Shown: one piece after another, positions 12,376 through 21,836 of the stretch
Layout of the letters: each line of letters opens with the position of its first letter
Numbering within the stretch: the stretch's first letter is position 1
DNA from: Alphaproteobacteria bacterium
GTDB lineage: Bacteria > Pseudomonadota > Alphaproteobacteria > 16-39-46 > JABJFC01
DNA length: 64,000 nucleotides
Direction: 5' to 3'
Assembly (NCBI GenBank): GCA_018662925.1
Contig: JABJFC010000063.1
Coordinates: 3,826 to 67,825 of the forward strand
Notes under the pieces: model-generated
Seen by the model: only the letters and a program-made list of their open reading frames with translations
The model's database searches: none
What the model was told of the DNA's origin: nothing
Translations under genes and position numbers: made by a program

Positions 12376-12391
12376 TTAACGGTTTGTTAAC
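12376..12391. promoter_or_regulatory. Perfect CtrA-box consensus TTAA-N7-TTAAC (TTAACGGTTTGTTAAC)
   Basis: Exact match to the full CtrA recognition site. Sits in the divergent intergenic region, 42 bp upstream of the first STAS-like gene and 62 bp upstream of the hydrolase gene. Confidence 0.55.
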
Positions 12392-12432
12392 CTTTTGATG
12401 GTAGGCTAAGAATAGGCTTTAACATCAGGTAG

Positions 12433-12801
12433 TTGAGGAGAGCTATGTTTGAATTTGTAAAAGAATCAGGGCCGTTCATGGTGGTTCGTGCGTCAGATAC
12501 AGTTACGGAGGACGACTATAAACTTATTGCGCCCATGTTAGATAAGTTGATTAAAATGAATGGGACGCTTTCCTGTCTCATCGATGTATCCAAGGTAACT
12601 GATATCACGCCAGGCGGGATTCTTGAGGATTTCAAACTGAGTCATCGACACAAGGATGATTTTAAAAGAGTTGCCATCATGGGCAAAAAGTCCTGGATGG
12701 ATGAGATGGCCGCTATTAGTAATGCGCTTTCTAATGCCGAAATTCAGTATTTCGATGAAGATGAAGAATCTCAAGCCATGGAGTGGTTAGAGGAAAAATG
12801 A
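12433..12801 (+). CDS. STAS/SpoIIAA-like domain protein (paralog 1)
   Basis: 122 aa, acidic C-terminus. Shares the blocks DFKLSH and RVAIMGKKSWMD with the downstream paralog. RBS GAGGAG upstream. Confidence 0.6.
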   Translation: MRRAMFEFVKESGPFMVVRASDTVTEDDYKLIAPMLDKLIKMNGTLSCLIDVSKVTDITPGGILEDFKLSHRHKDDFKRVAIMGKKSWMDEMAAISNALSNAEIQYFDEDEESQAMEWLEEK

Positions 12802-12830
12802 CGGCGTCCATTTTTTCGAGGAGTTGATCT

Positions 12831-13193
12831 ATGTTTAAAATTATAAGCGAGGAGCCTAACTTGTTGGCAATCCAAGGATCCGGAAGCCTTTCCATTTTGG
12901 ATTACAAAGATGTCATGCCCAAAATTGAAAAGTATATTCAAGGAAACAAAGAGGCAAATTTCGTAATAGACGTTCGGGATGTATCGGGAATCACCACGGA
13001 GGCGATCATTGAAGACTTTAAATTTAGTCACAAATACTGCGGGAAATTTGGACGAATTGCCATCATTGGCAAGAAGTCCTGGATGGATTCCCTCATAGAA
13101 ATGAGCTCAAAACTCAGCAAAGCGGAAATAAAGCACTTTCTTCCCAAAGACGAGTTCATGGCCTTCGATTGGGCCAAGGGGATAGGAGAGTAG
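12831..13193 (+). CDS. STAS/SpoIIAA-like domain protein (paralog 2)
   Basis: 120 aa. Shares IEDFKFSH and RIAIIGKKSWMD with paralog 1, so this is a tandem duplication. Confidence 0.6.
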   Translation: MFKIISEEPNLLAIQGSGSLSILDYKDVMPKIEKYIQGNKEANFVIDVRDVSGITTEAIIEDFKFSHKYCGKFGRIAIIGKKSWMDSLIEMSSKLSKAEIKHFLPKDEFMAFDWAKGIGE

Positions 13194-13207
13194 GAAGGGG
13201 AAGCTGC

Positions 13208-15421
13208 TTAGAGAAGAGGGCTGTCTTCACCACTCTCGGACAACCACTCGTTTAATTTGGTCCAACGGTTGCGGACTTGTTTTTCCTTGATGGCCATTTC
13301 GAAGGCCCGCATTTGTCCCACGAGGACGACCAGTTGTTTTCCGCGGGTCATGCCCGTATAGACCAAATTACGTTGTAGCATGGGATAATGTTGGGTCATA
13401 AGAGGAACGACGATGGCGGGGTATTCTGATCCTTGGGATTTGTGGATGGTGATGGCATAGGCCAAGGTGAGCTGTTCCAATTCCTTGTATGTATAGGAAA
13501 TGAGTTTCTCCTCATAGGATACCATGAGCTGTTCATCTTCTTTATTCACATCGGCCACATAGCCGATGTCCCCATTGTACACATCCTTATCGTAGTTATT
13601 TTCTATCTGCATGACCTTATCTCCAATGCTAAAGGTCATGTCATTCTTCTTGATGGATTTCGTGGAAATGGGATTCAGGAGTTGTTGAAGTTCAACATTT
13701 AAAGATTGGGTGCCCAATAAGCCTCTGTTCATGGGGGAAAGGACCTGAATATCTTTCATGGGATCAAATCCAAATTTTTGCGGAATGCGTTCTTTGACGA
13801 TGTGCATGATTTTTTCAAGCGCATTTTCAGGGTGCTCACATTTGACGAAAAAGCAGTCGGATTCGACAGGGGCCGTTGGAAAATTAGGGGTGATTCCCTG
13901 ATTGATCATATGGGCATTCAGAATAATTTGGCTGCCAGCCCCTTGGCGGAATATTTCTGTCAGGCGAACAACAGATATTTGTTTCGAGGATATCATGTCC
14001 TTCAAGACACTTCCTGGGCCAATGGAGGGTAGCTGATCCACGTCTCCTACGAATAGAACAGCTGCTGAAGAGGGGATGGCCTGCAGGAGAGAACGGAATA
14101 AAGTAATATCCACCATGGAAAACTCATCGACGACCAACAAGTCGCATTCTAGGGGATCCGTCTCATTGCGCTGAAACACCTTTTGGAGGGGATTCATTTC
14201 CAAAAGTCTGTGAATGGTTTTTGCTTTCTTATTTGTACTTTCTGCAAGCTTTTTTGCGGCCCTTCCTGTTGGGGCACAAAGGGCAACTTTTAGGTTTTGT
14301 TTCTCCAAAATGCTGAGAAGACTATTTACAAGCGTTGTTTTTCCAACACCGGGTCCCCCCGTCAGAATCAGTAGTTTCGAGTGCAATGCTGTATGCAGGG
14401 CTTCTTTTTGACTATTTGCCAGCTCGATATTTAACTTTTCTTCAACCAGAGGGATCGCTGTTTTAGGATCTACATCTATCCAAGGAACGGATCCCTCGGC
14501 TAGTTTTTGAAGCAATTGTGCGCAATTTTTTTCTAGATTATAGAGTTCTTTTAGAAAAATGCAGTTTTGGTCCCCTATGGTGGCTTCTACAGCTTTGCCA
14601 GATAAAAGTTCTGCTTGGAGGGCTGTTTCAACAAGATCTCTTGAGACTTGTAAAATATCTTCTGCCATATCAAGCAAAGACTCACGAGGAAAGCCACAAT
14701 GGCCACTTTCCCTGGCTTGCTGAAGTGCATAGAGAAGGCCTGCTTGGGCGCGAAGAGGTGAGTCTCTTTCAATGCCCATTTTTTGAGCAATGGTGTCGGC
14801 GGTCAAGAAACCGATGCCGCGGATATCATTTGCTAATCGATAGGGATTTTGAGTTAGCAACTCTACAGATTTGGCCCCATATGCCTTAAAAATTTGGGAA
14901 GCTTTCAGGGTGCTGATACCATTTTGATATAGGAAAATCATAATGTCACGAATGGTTTTTTGCCCAGCCCAATCTTTTCGGATGGTGTGATAGCGCACGC
15001 CTCCTATTCCTTCTACTTCGAGGAGCCGTTCCGGTTCGTCCTCGATGATCTCTAAGACTTTCTCTCCAAATTTTTCCACAAGTCGTTTGGCATATTTAGG
15101 CCCGATGCCTCTTATCGAGCCAGAAGAAAGGTATTTTTTAATGCCTTCGATGGTTGCTGGAGGGACGGCCCGTAAGGCTGTGGCTTTAAATTGGGGACCG
15201 AATTTTTTATCTTGAATCCAGGTCCCTTCCGCATGGAGCTTTTCCCCCTCAGAGGCTTGAAGGATATTGCCGACAACTGTAACCAGGCCCTTATGGTCTT
15301 TGGCTTTAACGCGTATTACCGAGAACCCGTTGTCTTCGTTGTGAAAGACAATACGTTCTATAATGCCCTCCACGATTTTAATATCTGGGGACTGAGGATC
15401 AGAATTCAGGGATACGGACAT
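13208..15421 (-). CDS. recD2: RecD2-type SF1 DNA helicase
   Basis: 737 aa. Walker A GGPGVGKTT, SF1 helicase motifs and the long N-terminal extension typical of RecD2. Confidence 0.85.
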   Translation of the reverse strand: MSVSLNSDPQSPDIKIVEGIIERIVFHNEDNGFSVIRVKAKDHKGLVTVVGNILQASEGEKLHAEGTWIQDKKFGPQFKATALRAVPPATIEGIKKYLSSGSIRGIGPKYAKRLVEKFGEKVLEIIEDEPERLLEVEGIGGVRYHTIRKDWAGQKTIRDIMIFLYQNGISTLKASQIFKAYGAKSVELLTQNPYRLANDIRGIGFLTADTIAQKMGIERDSPLRAQAGLLYALQQARESGHCGFPRESLLDMAEDILQVSRDLVETALQAELLSGKAVEATIGDQNCIFLKELYNLEKNCAQLLQKLAEGSVPWIDVDPKTAIPLVEEKLNIELANSQKEALHTALHSKLLILTGGPGVGKTTLVNSLLSILEKQNLKVALCAPTGRAAKKLAESTNKKAKTIHRLLEMNPLQKVFQRNETDPLECDLLVVDEFSMVDITLFRSLLQAIPSSAAVLFVGDVDQLPSIGPGSVLKDMISSKQISVVRLTEIFRQGAGSQIILNAHMINQGITPNFPTAPVESDCFFVKCEHPENALEKIMHIVKERIPQKFGFDPMKDIQVLSPMNRGLLGTQSLNVELQQLLNPISTKSIKKNDMTFSIGDKVMQIENNYDKDVYNGDIGYVADVNKEDEQLMVSYEEKLISYTYKELEQLTLAYAITIHKSQGSEYPAIVVPLMTQHYPMLQRNLVYTGMTRGKQLVVLVGQMRAFEMAIKEKQVRNRWTKLNEWLSESGEDSPLL

Positions 15422-15722
15422 AGGGCTAAACCAATATTTTACAATAACTCAGCCCATCTTGGACGAAATACCCCCTACGTTTCAAGCCTTATAAGACATT
15501 AAGGCGTGCAAAAATGGAAACATACTTTTTTGGAGCATACCAAACAGATCATTGTAAAATTTTACTATATTTGGTATGCGTTGATTCATCATGCCAAGAT
15601 TTATAGCCAATAAGACTTGTTTGCGACAAAGTTCCTGATACAGATATCCCGAAATTTTAGATGAAGAAACGGTTCAGGAAGGCGAAACTAAAAAAATATC
15701 CACAAAATAGAGGGAGACGAAA

Positions 15723-17120
15723 ATGACTCTAGAAATCTTCATAGGGTTAGTTGCCTTTATAGGAATACTCGTCGCCATTGGGGCCCTCCAACTTAAGAAA
15801 GTCACCAGTGAAAATCAGTACCTTTTAGCAGGACGACAAACGGGCCTCTTTGCCTTGATCGCAACATTGGTGATGACAGAGTTCAATACGACTACGCTTA
15901 TTGCTTTTTCTGGAGCTGGAATTGGTGCGGGATGGTGGGGGCTGGCTTTGCCGTTTATCTTCTTCGTTGGGCTTCTATTCTATGGTCTGACGGTGGCCAA
16001 GAAATGGAAAAATTTTAATGGCGTATCTGTGGCTCATTTCTTTACCCAACGCTATGGCAAAGACATTGGCGCATTGGTAGCAGTCATTTTGTTTTCTGCC
16101 ATGGCCATGTTTAGTGCAACCTATGTGAAGTCTCTGACGCTAATGTTTCTTCCCCTCTTCCCCGACTGGTCTCCCTGGACTTTAAGTGCTGTTCTGGTGG
16201 GGAGTGTCCTTTTAATGACGCTTCGGGGCGGATTGGTGTCGATTATTCGCACAGATCTGGTGAGTTTCGTCCTGGCCTGTTGCTTAATGCCATTGCTTTT
16301 TCTTTTTGTGGCACAGATACCAGAGAGTGCTCCAGCTGCTCCGATGAGCTTTGCCCAGATGCAAATGGCACTTCCGGTGGAGTTTGTTTTCTCTTTGATC
16401 GTTTTGACGATGTTTTCATACATTATTGCGCCCTGGTATGGCCAGAAAATTGTGTCGGCAAAATCTCCCTCCATTGCAAGGAGCGCAGTCCTGCTGTCGG
16501 CATTATTTGTCTTTGTTCTATACGGCATTGGGGTGCTTAGTGTCTATTTCTTTTCCCAGAAAGGATACATGAGTGATAATCCAGAGCTGAGCCTACCGTA
16601 CTTGTTAAACATTGCCGTCCCCCAGAATTTGCAGGGCATTTATTATGGACTCTTTTTTGCTATTGCGGCCACAACCCTTTCTGGGGTTTGGAGTGCCATG
16701 GTGACCCTAGTGGTGGGCAAAAGATTAGAGGCAGGGAAAGAAGGCTTAAAGCGCAGTATGTCTCTGATGCTATTATGTGCGTTCCTCTCCTATGCGCTAG
16801 GAAATGGAGTCGTTGATAGTGTTTTGAACAAAATGATCTTGGCCAACATTCCGGTGGTTGCTCTGGCCTTTGCTCTTCTCGGAGGGTTTTACTGGAAGAA
16901 AACATCTCGAGTGGGAGTCTACGCATCCATTGCTGTCGGGTTGGCCGTGGGAACCACCAGCTATTTGTATTATGGAGAAGCTGGCCTGTATACCTGGTAT
17001 TGGGCTGTCTATGGAGTCCCCCTTATTTTCCTTTCAGGAATCGTTGGATCAATCCTATTTCCGGAGGAATCGTCTACTTTTTCAGGTGCAGGTAAAGCCA
17101 TTCTCACGGAAAGCGCATAA
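15723..17120 (+). CDS. Sodium:solute symporter (SSS) family transporter
   Basis: About 12-13 predicted TM helices. N-terminal LLAGRQ motif typical of the SSS family. Confidence 0.75.
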   Translation: MTLEIFIGLVAFIGILVAIGALQLKKVTSENQYLLAGRQTGLFALIATLVMTEFNTTTLIAFSGAGIGAGWWGLALPFIFFVGLLFYGLTVAKKWKNFNGVSVAHFFTQRYGKDIGALVAVILFSAMAMFSATYVKSLTLMFLPLFPDWSPWTLSAVLVGSVLLMTLRGGLVSIIRTDLVSFVLACCLMPLLFLFVAQIPESAPAAPMSFAQMQMALPVEFVFSLIVLTMFSYIIAPWYGQKIVSAKSPSIARSAVLLSALFVFVLYGIGVLSVYFFSQKGYMSDNPELSLPYLLNIAVPQNLQGIYYGLFFAIAATTLSGVWSAMVTLVVGKRLEAGKEGLKRSMSLMLLCAFLSYALGNGVVDSVLNKMILANIPVVALAFALLGGFYWKKTSRVGVYASIAVGLAVGTTSYLYYGEAGLYTWYWAVYGVPLIFLSGIVGSILFPEESSTFSGAGKAILTESA

Positions 17121-17199
17121 CTTTGATTTTCCTAGACAATTGCTGGGGTTTTGTGGTTATATGACTTTCAAATGCGCAGAAAACAAAGGAAAACTTTGA

Positions 17200-17213
17200 T
17201 TTAGGCGCCTAAA
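17200..17213. promoter_or_regulatory. 14-bp perfect palindrome TTTAGGCGCCTAAA upstream of the peroxiredoxin gene
   Basis: The sequence is its own reverse complement. Lies 40 bp upstream of the prx start codon. Candidate operator. Confidence 0.35.
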
Positions 17214-17252
17214 GAATTTACTTTCAGCCCCATTTGATTAGAGGAGAAGATC

Positions 17253-17840
17253 ATGAGTGTACTAACTGGAAAAGAAGCACCGAATTTTAAGGCGGTCACA
17301 GTATTCGGCAATGAATTCAAGGACATAGAATTAACCCAGTATCGCGGAAAATATGTGGTCCTCTTTTTCTATCCTCTAGATTTTACATTTGTTTGCCCTA
17401 CGGAGCTTCATGCATTTCAGAGTTGTTTAAGCGCCTTCAAAAAGCGGAATGTTGAAGTGCTGGGTTGTAGTGTGGATAGCCAGTTTTCGCACCTTGCTTG
17501 GCTCAATACACCCAAAAATAAAGGCGGCATTCAGGGAATCGAGTACGGACTTGTTGCTGATATAGGTGGGGATATTGCCAAGAGTTACGATGTTTTGAGT
17601 GACGAAAAAGTTGCCTACAGAGGACTTTTTGTCATTGATAAGGAAGGAATCGTGAGACATCAGTTGGTGAATGATTTACCACTAGGGCGGAATGTTGAAG
17701 AAGTGCTTCGAACGGTTGATGCATTACAACATCATGAAAAGCACGGGGAAGTTTGCCCAGCTAACTGGACTCAAGATGATGAGGCTATCCAAACAACCCA
17801 AGAAAGTGTCGGCGCTTATTTGGATAAAAAAGTAAGCTAG
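17253..17840 (+). CDS. Typical 2-Cys peroxiredoxin (AhpC/Prx1 type)
   Basis: Peroxidatic FVCPTEL motif and resolving Cys in GEVCPANW. 195 aa. RBS GAGGAG. Confidence 0.9.
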   Translation: MSVLTGKEAPNFKAVTVFGNEFKDIELTQYRGKYVVLFFYPLDFTFVCPTELHAFQSCLSAFKKRNVEVLGCSVDSQFSHLAWLNTPKNKGGIQGIEYGLVADIGGDIAKSYDVLSDEKVAYRGLFVIDKEGIVRHQLVNDLPLGRNVEEVLRTVDALQHHEKHGEVCPANWTQDDEAIQTTQESVGAYLDKKVS

Positions 17841-17857
17841 TAATCACGAAATCGGGA

Positions 17858-17894
17858 CCTCTGGCTGATGTGCAAATGAGCCAGAGGTTTTTTT
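17858..17894 (+). terminator. Rho-independent terminator after prx
   Basis: CCTCTGGCT-12 nt loop-AGCCAGAGG followed by T7. Confidence 0.75.
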
Positions 17895-17910
17895 ATGTCT
17901 GCACACAAAC

Positions 17911-19770
17911 TTAATTTGGAAACTGATCAAGTTTCTTTTCTAATTTAGGATCTATCCACCAAGTGTCAAAGCCAATGGAATACTTGGGTGTGATTTTGGG
18001 GTGTCCAAACATATTCCAATAGGCAAGTCGATAATAATTATAGTACCACATGGGGATTACGTAGTGTCCCCATAATAGAACGCGATCAAGAGCATGGGTT
18101 GTATTTAAAAGGGTTTCCCAATCTTGAGATGCTGTTAATTGTTCTACAAGTGCATCAACAACGGAATTTTTGATGCCAGCAAGATTTCTTGAACCAGGAA
18201 AATCTGCAGCTTCGGATCCCCAAAAATTTCTCTGTTCATTTCCGGGACTAGAACTTTGAGCAAAACCGCCAGCAGCAAGAAGATCAAATTCAAAATTTTC
18301 AACGATATTTTGATATTGAGCAGTATCAATGACTCTTATTTTTCCCTCAACCCCCAAGAGTTCAAGATTACGAATGAAAGCGAGAATAATTTTTTCAAAA
18401 GCTGGCGAGTTGGTCAGGATCTCAAATTTCATTGGATCCCCTGTTTTTTTATTCACAAGTTTATGATCTTTGAGAACCCAGCCTGCTTCTTTTAATAGGG
18501 AAAGAGCTATTGAAAGATTTTCACGTATATTTCCCGAGCCATCCGATTTCGGAGGGGAATATTCTTGCGAGAAGACTTCTTTAGGCAACTTGTCTTTGTA
18601 AGGGGTCAGAATTTCTAATTCCTCTTTGTTCGGGAGTCCGGAGGATGCAAAGATGGAATTGTTAAAGAAACTTTTTGATCTTGTGTAGTAATTATAGAAA
18701 AAATTCTTATTACTCCATTCAAAGTCGAAAGCATATGCTAGGGCTTGACGAACTTTAGGATCCTTGAAAATCGGCTTTCGAGTGTTGAATATAAAACCTA
18801 TTAGTCCCATAGGGTTTTCATGGCGAACTTTTTCCAAAATTACATGTCCTTTTTTGACCGCTGGAAAGTTGTAACCAGTGGCCCAGACTCTTGAAATAAT
18901 TTCACTTCTAAAATTTACATCTCCAGCCTTAAAGGCTTCCAAGGAGACAGTATTATCTCGATAGTAGTCATATCGCATGATATCAAAATTATATTGCCCT
19001 TTATTTGCAGGTAATTTTTCGCCCCACCATTTTTTGACACGTTCATAGGTTATGGATCTTCCAGGGTCAGCATTTTTGATTTTGTAGGGACCAGATCCTA
19101 GGGGAGGTACAAGGGTTGTTTTTGTAAAGTCTACTTTTTCATAATATTTTTTTGAAAGAATAAAGACATCTGCCCCTATGATAAGGGGAAGCTCTCTATT
19201 TGCCCCAGGTTTGAAAGTGAATTTGATGCTTTTCTTTCCGAGTATTTCAACTGTATCGATTCCTGCAAAATAGGTTCTAAATAGAGGCAATCCCTTTGTG
19301 CGATGCGTCTCAATGGAAAAGGCAATATCTTCAGCCGTAATGGGGCTCCCGTCATGAAAGGTGGCATCATCACGAAGATTAAAAATAATCCATGATCGGT
19401 CTTCAGGTATTTCGATATTTTTTGCAGCGTAGCAATAGACGGTAAATGGTTCATCATCACTTTTTGACATTAGAGATGCATAGGTTGAAATAATACCTGT
19501 TGCAGCCACACCTGTTATGATAAAGGGATTTAAATTGTCAAAGGTTCCTGGTGTTCCCAGTCGTACGGTTCCCCCTTTTGGGGCCAAGGGGTTAGTATAA
19601 TCAAAATGCTTAAAATCAGGACCGTATTTTGGTTCCCCGTACAAAGCAAGGCCATGGGCCTTTTTGACGATGGGGGCTTCTTTCTTGGCATCACATTGAT
19701 GTTGGAATATCAGCAGAATTGTTAGAAGGTAAAAAGCAAATTTTCTCATTTTATTCCCTTGAATTTGCAC
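17911..19770 (-). CDS. ABC transporter substrate-binding protein, family 5 (peptide/YejA-like), orphan
   Basis: 619 aa with signal peptide. Family-5 SBP architecture. No cognate permease or ATPase is adjacent. Confidence 0.8.
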   Translation of the reverse strand: MQIQGNKMRKFAFYLLTILLIFQHQCDAKKEAPIVKKAHGLALYGEPKYGPDFKHFDYTNPLAPKGGTVRLGTPGTFDNLNPFIITGVAATGIISTYASLMSKSDDEPFTVYCYAAKNIEIPEDRSWIIFNLRDDATFHDGSPITAEDIAFSIETHRTKGLPLFRTYFAGIDTVEILGKKSIKFTFKPGANRELPLIIGADVFILSKKYYEKVDFTKTTLVPPLGSGPYKIKNADPGRSITYERVKKWWGEKLPANKGQYNFDIMRYDYYRDNTVSLEAFKAGDVNFRSEIISRVWATGYNFPAVKKGHVILEKVRHENPMGLIGFIFNTRKPIFKDPKVRQALAYAFDFEWSNKNFFYNYYTRSKSFFNNSIFASSGLPNKEELEILTPYKDKLPKEVFSQEYSPPKSDGSGNIRENLSIALSLLKEAGWVLKDHKLVNKKTGDPMKFEILTNSPAFEKIILAFIRNLELLGVEGKIRVIDTAQYQNIVENFEFDLLAAGGFAQSSSPGNEQRNFWGSEAADFPGSRNLAGIKNSVVDALVEQLTASQDWETLLNTTHALDRVLLWGHYVIPMWYYNYYRLAYWNMFGHPKITPKYSIGFDTWWIDPKLEKKLDQFPN

Positions 19771-19809
19771 GTCCGTGAGTTGTTGAGACTATGGATTTCT
19801 ACACGCAGC

Positions 19810-20358
19810 CTAATCTTTTGGCAAGGGGGCTGGGGAATCGCTCAACGTCCGGATATAAGCGATGAGATCGGCTCTCTCTTTTTCCTTCACTAAGCCAATA
19901 AAGGCCATTTTTGTCCCGGTGATGAATTTTCGGGGCTTTGCCAGAAACTCATTCAAAGCTTCATAGGTCCAAGTTCCACCCTTCTCTTTCAAGGAATTGG
20001 AGTAGGCGAAATTAGCAAGATGACCTAGTTTTTGGTTAACGATTCCCCATAAGTTTGGACCAATTTTGTTAGGCCCCCCTTTGTCGAGTGTATGACATTG
20101 GATGCATTTTTTAGCGATTCGTTTGCCCGCTTCAATATCTGCGTGTGCAAGAATCGGGCTAATTGGGTCAAGAGGCTTTTCTTCTTTGGCTTTATGGGTA
20201 GGTTGGCCTAGATCAGCGTTGTCGATTTGGACAAGGTAGACATTTTGTTCAAGAGCTTCAGGGGTGACTAGAGCGTCTCCAATTAGGCTGGCCACTAAAC
20301 CAATTATGAGTGTAACCAGAACAGCTGCCGCAATTTTATTGAACTCTAGACTGTCCAT
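19810..20358 (-). CDS. Membrane-anchored c-type cytochrome (CycM-like)
   Basis: N-terminal TM helix. CIQCH heme-binding motif with a downstream Met ligand region. 182 aa. Confidence 0.75.
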   Translation of the reverse strand: MDSLEFNKIAAAVLVTLIIGLVASLIGDALVTPEALEQNVYLVQIDNADLGQPTHKAKEEKPLDPISPILAHADIEAGKRIAKKCIQCHTLDKGGPNKIGPNLWGIVNQKLGHLANFAYSNSLKEKGGTWTYEALNEFLAKPRKFITGTKMAFIGLVKEKERADLIAYIRTLSDSPAPLPKD

Positions 20359-20455
20359 TTTATTATTTTTTCCTTTTTAAGTGTTCTAAATTCATGTATC
20401 AAACACCCAGAATGAAAGCAACGATTCTTCATATCACAGATTAACAGGTGGAGCT

Positions 20456-21214
20456 ATGACCGAACAGACTCTAATTGTGATTCCAGCACGTCTTCAAGCA
20501 ACAAGACTTCCCAATAAGCCTTTGGCCGATATTTGCGGAAAACCTATGATTGTTCGTGTGTGGGAACAGGCCCAAGCATCCCAAGTAGGAGAAGTGGTTG
20601 TTGCCTGTGGTGAGCCAGAGATTAAAGAGGTTGTGGAACGGAGTGGAGGCCAAGCTGTTTTGACTGATCCCAATCTTCCCTCCGGGACTGATCGTGTTTG
20701 GGCAGCTGTTGAAACGCTTGACCCTAGTGGAAAGTATAGTCGAATTATCAATGTTCAAGGTGATTTGCCGACATTGGATCCCACAACGGTAAGTCGTATT
20801 TTAGGGACTTTATCGAATCCAGCTATTGATATTTCGACACCTGTTTGTCCTTTTACCGATGAAGAGGAAATAAATAATCCTAACGTGGTTAAGGCTGTTC
20901 TTTCATTAAAAGAAGGCGATACTGAAGGGCGTGCGTTGTATTTTAGCCGTTCCCCCATTCCCCATGGGATGCGCCCACTCTATTATCATATAGGGCTATA
21001 TGCCTTTCAGAGAGAGGCATTAGAGCGTTTTGTCTCCTTGCCTCAAACGGCACTGGAAAAGGCTGAGCGTCTTGAGCAGCTTAGAGCCCTTGAAGCAGGC
21101 ATGACCATACAAGGCGTCCTCGTAGATAGTATACCAGTCGGTGTTGATACACCTGAAGATCTTGAAAAGGCCCGCAGTATTGTGGCGAAACAGGATCACG
21201 CCAAGATCGCTTAG
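20456..21214 (+). CDS. kdsB: 3-deoxy-manno-octulosonate cytidylyltransferase
   Basis: VIPARLQATRLPNKPL N-terminal motif. 252 aa. Confidence 0.9.
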   Translation: MTEQTLIVIPARLQATRLPNKPLADICGKPMIVRVWEQAQASQVGEVVVACGEPEIKEVVERSGGQAVLTDPNLPSGTDRVWAAVETLDPSGKYSRIINVQGDLPTLDPTTVSRILGTLSNPAIDISTPVCPFTDEEEINNPNVVKAVLSLKEGDTEGRALYFSRSPIPHGMRPLYYHIGLYAFQREALERFVSLPQTALEKAERLEQLRALEAGMTIQGVLVDSIPVGVDTPEDLEKARSIVAKQDHAKIA

Positions 21215-21251
21215 TTTATTCCTATGTTCTTTATATCTTGATTTTCTGGGC

Positions 21252-21269
21252 TGTACAGTATATTGTACA
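21252..21269 (+). promoter_or_regulatory. Candidate YefM-YoeB operator: two TGTACA hexamers, centres 12 bp apart
   Basis: TGTACAgtatatTGTACA overlaps a putative -10, 21 bp upstream of the yefM ATG. Same core and spacing as the characterised E. coli yefM-yoeB operator. Confidence 0.6.
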
Positions 21270-21289
21270 AGTATAGGAGGAGATTAGAT

Positions 21290-21556
21290 ATGGTTACAGT
21301 CACGTATAGTTCCTTGAGAGAAAATTTGAAGAATTTCATGGATCAAGCGATTCAAGACCATGTGAGTTTTCTTGTGACCAGGAAGTCGGGAGAGAATGTT
21401 GTACTCCTATCAGAGTCCGACTATAATTCCTTAAGAGAGACGGCTTATTTGCTTCGGAGTCCTAAAAACGCAAGGAGGCTCCTAGAATCCTTGCGGGATT
21501 CAAACAAAGCTTCAGGGAAGGAGTTTACGATGAATGATTTGGAAAATTTGGAATGA
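21290..21556 (+). CDS. yefM: Type II antitoxin, Phd/YefM family
   Basis: Begins MVTVTYSSLRENLKNFMDQ. RBS GGAGG 9 nt upstream of ATG 21290. The track ORF starts earlier at 21263. Stop overlaps the toxin start (ATGA). Confidence 0.8.
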   Translation: MVTVTYSSLRENLKNFMDQAIQDHVSFLVTRKSGENVVLLSESDYNSLRETAYLLRSPKNARRLLESLRDSNKASGKEFTMNDLENLE

Positions 21557-21816
21557 GAAATATTCTTTTCACTCCAAATGGGTGGGAAGACTATTTGTTT
21601 TGGCAAAAAAATGATAAAAAAAAATTAAGAAGGACAAATGATCTCATCAGAGATATTTCACGAGGGCCATTCTCGGGCGTTGGCAAACCAGAGCCCCTTA
21701 AATGGGATCTAGAAGGTTGTTGGTCTAGAAGAATCGATCCAGAACATAGGCTCGTCTACAAAATTGTAAATGATAATATTCATATTCTAGCTTGTCGATA
21801 TCATTATGGAACATAA
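21553..21816 (+). CDS. yoeB: Type II toxin, YoeB/Txe family (RelE superfamily mRNA interferase)
   Basis: NGWEDYLFWQKNDKKKLRR...GKPEPLKWDLEGCWSRRIDPEHRLVYKI...ACRYHY matches YoeB end to end. Confidence 0.8.
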   Translation: MRNILFTPNGWEDYLFWQKNDKKKLRRTNDLIRDISRGPFSGVGKPEPLKWDLEGCWSRRIDPEHRLVYKIVNDNIHILACRYHYGT

Positions 21817-21836
21817 AACAAGCGTGTGTCGTGACT

